In this document: in pieces, positions 62,671 to 64,000 of the stretch
Position numbering within the stretch: the first letter of the stretch is position 1
Layout: the number at the start of each line of letters is the position of its first letter
Assembly: GCA_013239625.1 (NCBI GenBank)
Contig: MU053376.1
Span: forward strand, 1,388,833 to 1,452,832
Origin: Lama guanicoe
Taxonomy: Eukaryota
Direction of reading: 5' to 3'
DNA: 64,000 nt
Notes under the pieces: generated by a model
Told to the model about the DNA's origin: nothing
Database searches by the model: none
What the model saw: the letters and a program-made list of their open reading frames with translations, nothing else
Program-made: the position numbers and the translations under genes

Positions 62671-64000
62671 GTTATCCTTAATGTTGTATTACCAGGCTCT
62701 AATGGTCCAGATGATAGTGCTTAATTTCACTTTCAGAGTCCTCAGAGCATCCTGCCTCTCTGCCTTTTGTCTCCAGAGCCCTACCCAGACTGAGAGAGGG
62801 GACTCCACACCATCCTTCCCCCACCCTGGCCTGGAAGGACCTCAGTGGGCCACCAAGGATCACTGTCCAGCTCCTTTTCCTCCTCCTCCGGGATACGGCA
62901 GCAGTCAGGAGGGGCCAGGGAGTTCACCACACACTCCATGAGTACATAGAAAAACTACCCCCTCACACACACACACCTCCACTAAGGTGGGGCCTGAATG
63001 TCCACATCTGTACATGCATCCACAATTGTATTTTTATCTTCAGTCTCATCCTGCTGACTCAAGCTCCATTTTTCTGAGCACTTTTAGAATAACAGTCCAG
63101 GCTCCAGGCAAGCCTAAGGGGAGGAGATAAGGGAGGAATGAGAGGATGGGGCCCATCCAACAGAAGGACTTGTGACCTCAAATAACGTTGCAACCAAACC
63201 CTAGGAGAAGTTGCTCTATTGGTTTTCTCAGGCTTCCCATCAGCCTACACTTCCTGGCCCTGCCCTCCCCTCTCCCCTATGCCTGCCTGCTCCCCAGGTC
63301 TTGGGCAGGTGAGTCCACACCAAGGCTGCCCTACTCTGAAGTACTAAGTGCATCAGGAAAGGCATCCAGAAACCCGCAGGGCCTCACTCTGCACCCCTGA
63401 TCAGTGCTTCCAGGAGCCCAGCAAGGGTCACTCTGGGCCCTGGGCCACGGGCTGTGCCCAGCTGCAGACTCCAGGGCAGCAGGACAGCAACTGGGCTATT
63501 CTTAGTCCCAGCTCCACTGAAATCGGGTTTGTGTAACAGCTGAAGGGCAAGTCCTAACCAGGTACCCACCATGCCAAACCACTCCCTACCCTCAACTCTG
63601 GCCCCTTGGGAAAAGCAAAAAGCAGGGAGGTATGACCCCAGGGAGGGGGAGGAGGAAGCTGAGCGGGTCAAGAGTGTCAGTCACTCTTGGAAAATGGAAG
63701 CTGATTCACAGGGATCAAGGGTAAGAGTAGCTCCCAGGGCGGCAGCGCCTGGGGGAAACGGAGACTATGGGAAGGGCTGACCCTCACTCAGGAGGAACCC
63801 TGCACGTCCCTGGTGCCTTCTCCAGCACACCTGCAGTGCCCAAGCCCAGAGCCCAGCGAACCTGTAGCCGATGCCCTGGTACCACCTCATCACACCTGTT
63901 CCCTGATCTCAAGATTCTGCCATCCCTACCTGAGCCCGGGAGGCGAGGAGAACGGTTGCCTTTTTCCTCCTCCCCTGAGGGATAACGGAGGTTGAGGACG

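Noticed and set aside
1..64000. CRISPR arrays, operons, rRNA, snoRNA or miRNA hairpins, processed pseudogenes
   Set aside because: None recognisable by eye. Small RNA genes cannot be fully excluded without a covariance-model search.

Overview
Mammalian genomic DNA, not prokaryotic. Four tRNA-Ala-derived SINEs resembling the camelid vic-1 family suggest a camel, alpaca or llama. The window holds the syntenic block MFSD4A (last three coding exons and 3'UTR, + strand), ELK4/SAP-1 (complete, - strand, 4 coding exons, 431 aa, ~7.9 kb 3'UTR, CpG-island promoter at ~26.5 kb) and SLC45A3/prostein (all 4 coding exons, 554 aa, - strand; its usual non-coding exon 1 is probably beyond the right edge). 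All exon boundaries were read as GT-AG with consistent phases. The rest is mostly L1, L2, MIR, MLT and MER-type repeats, with subfamilies recognised from memory and approximate boundaries. I found no new gene family or novel protein-coding system. The best second-look items are an in-frame SLC45A3 exon4 to ELK4 exon2 read-through fusion, a uORF cluster in SLC45A3 exon 2, a 37-bp near-exact copy of SLC45A3 3'UTR sequence inside an old L1, a candidate internal SLC45A3 promoter, ELK4 intronic polyadenylation, and miR-17~92/miR-32 seed sites.
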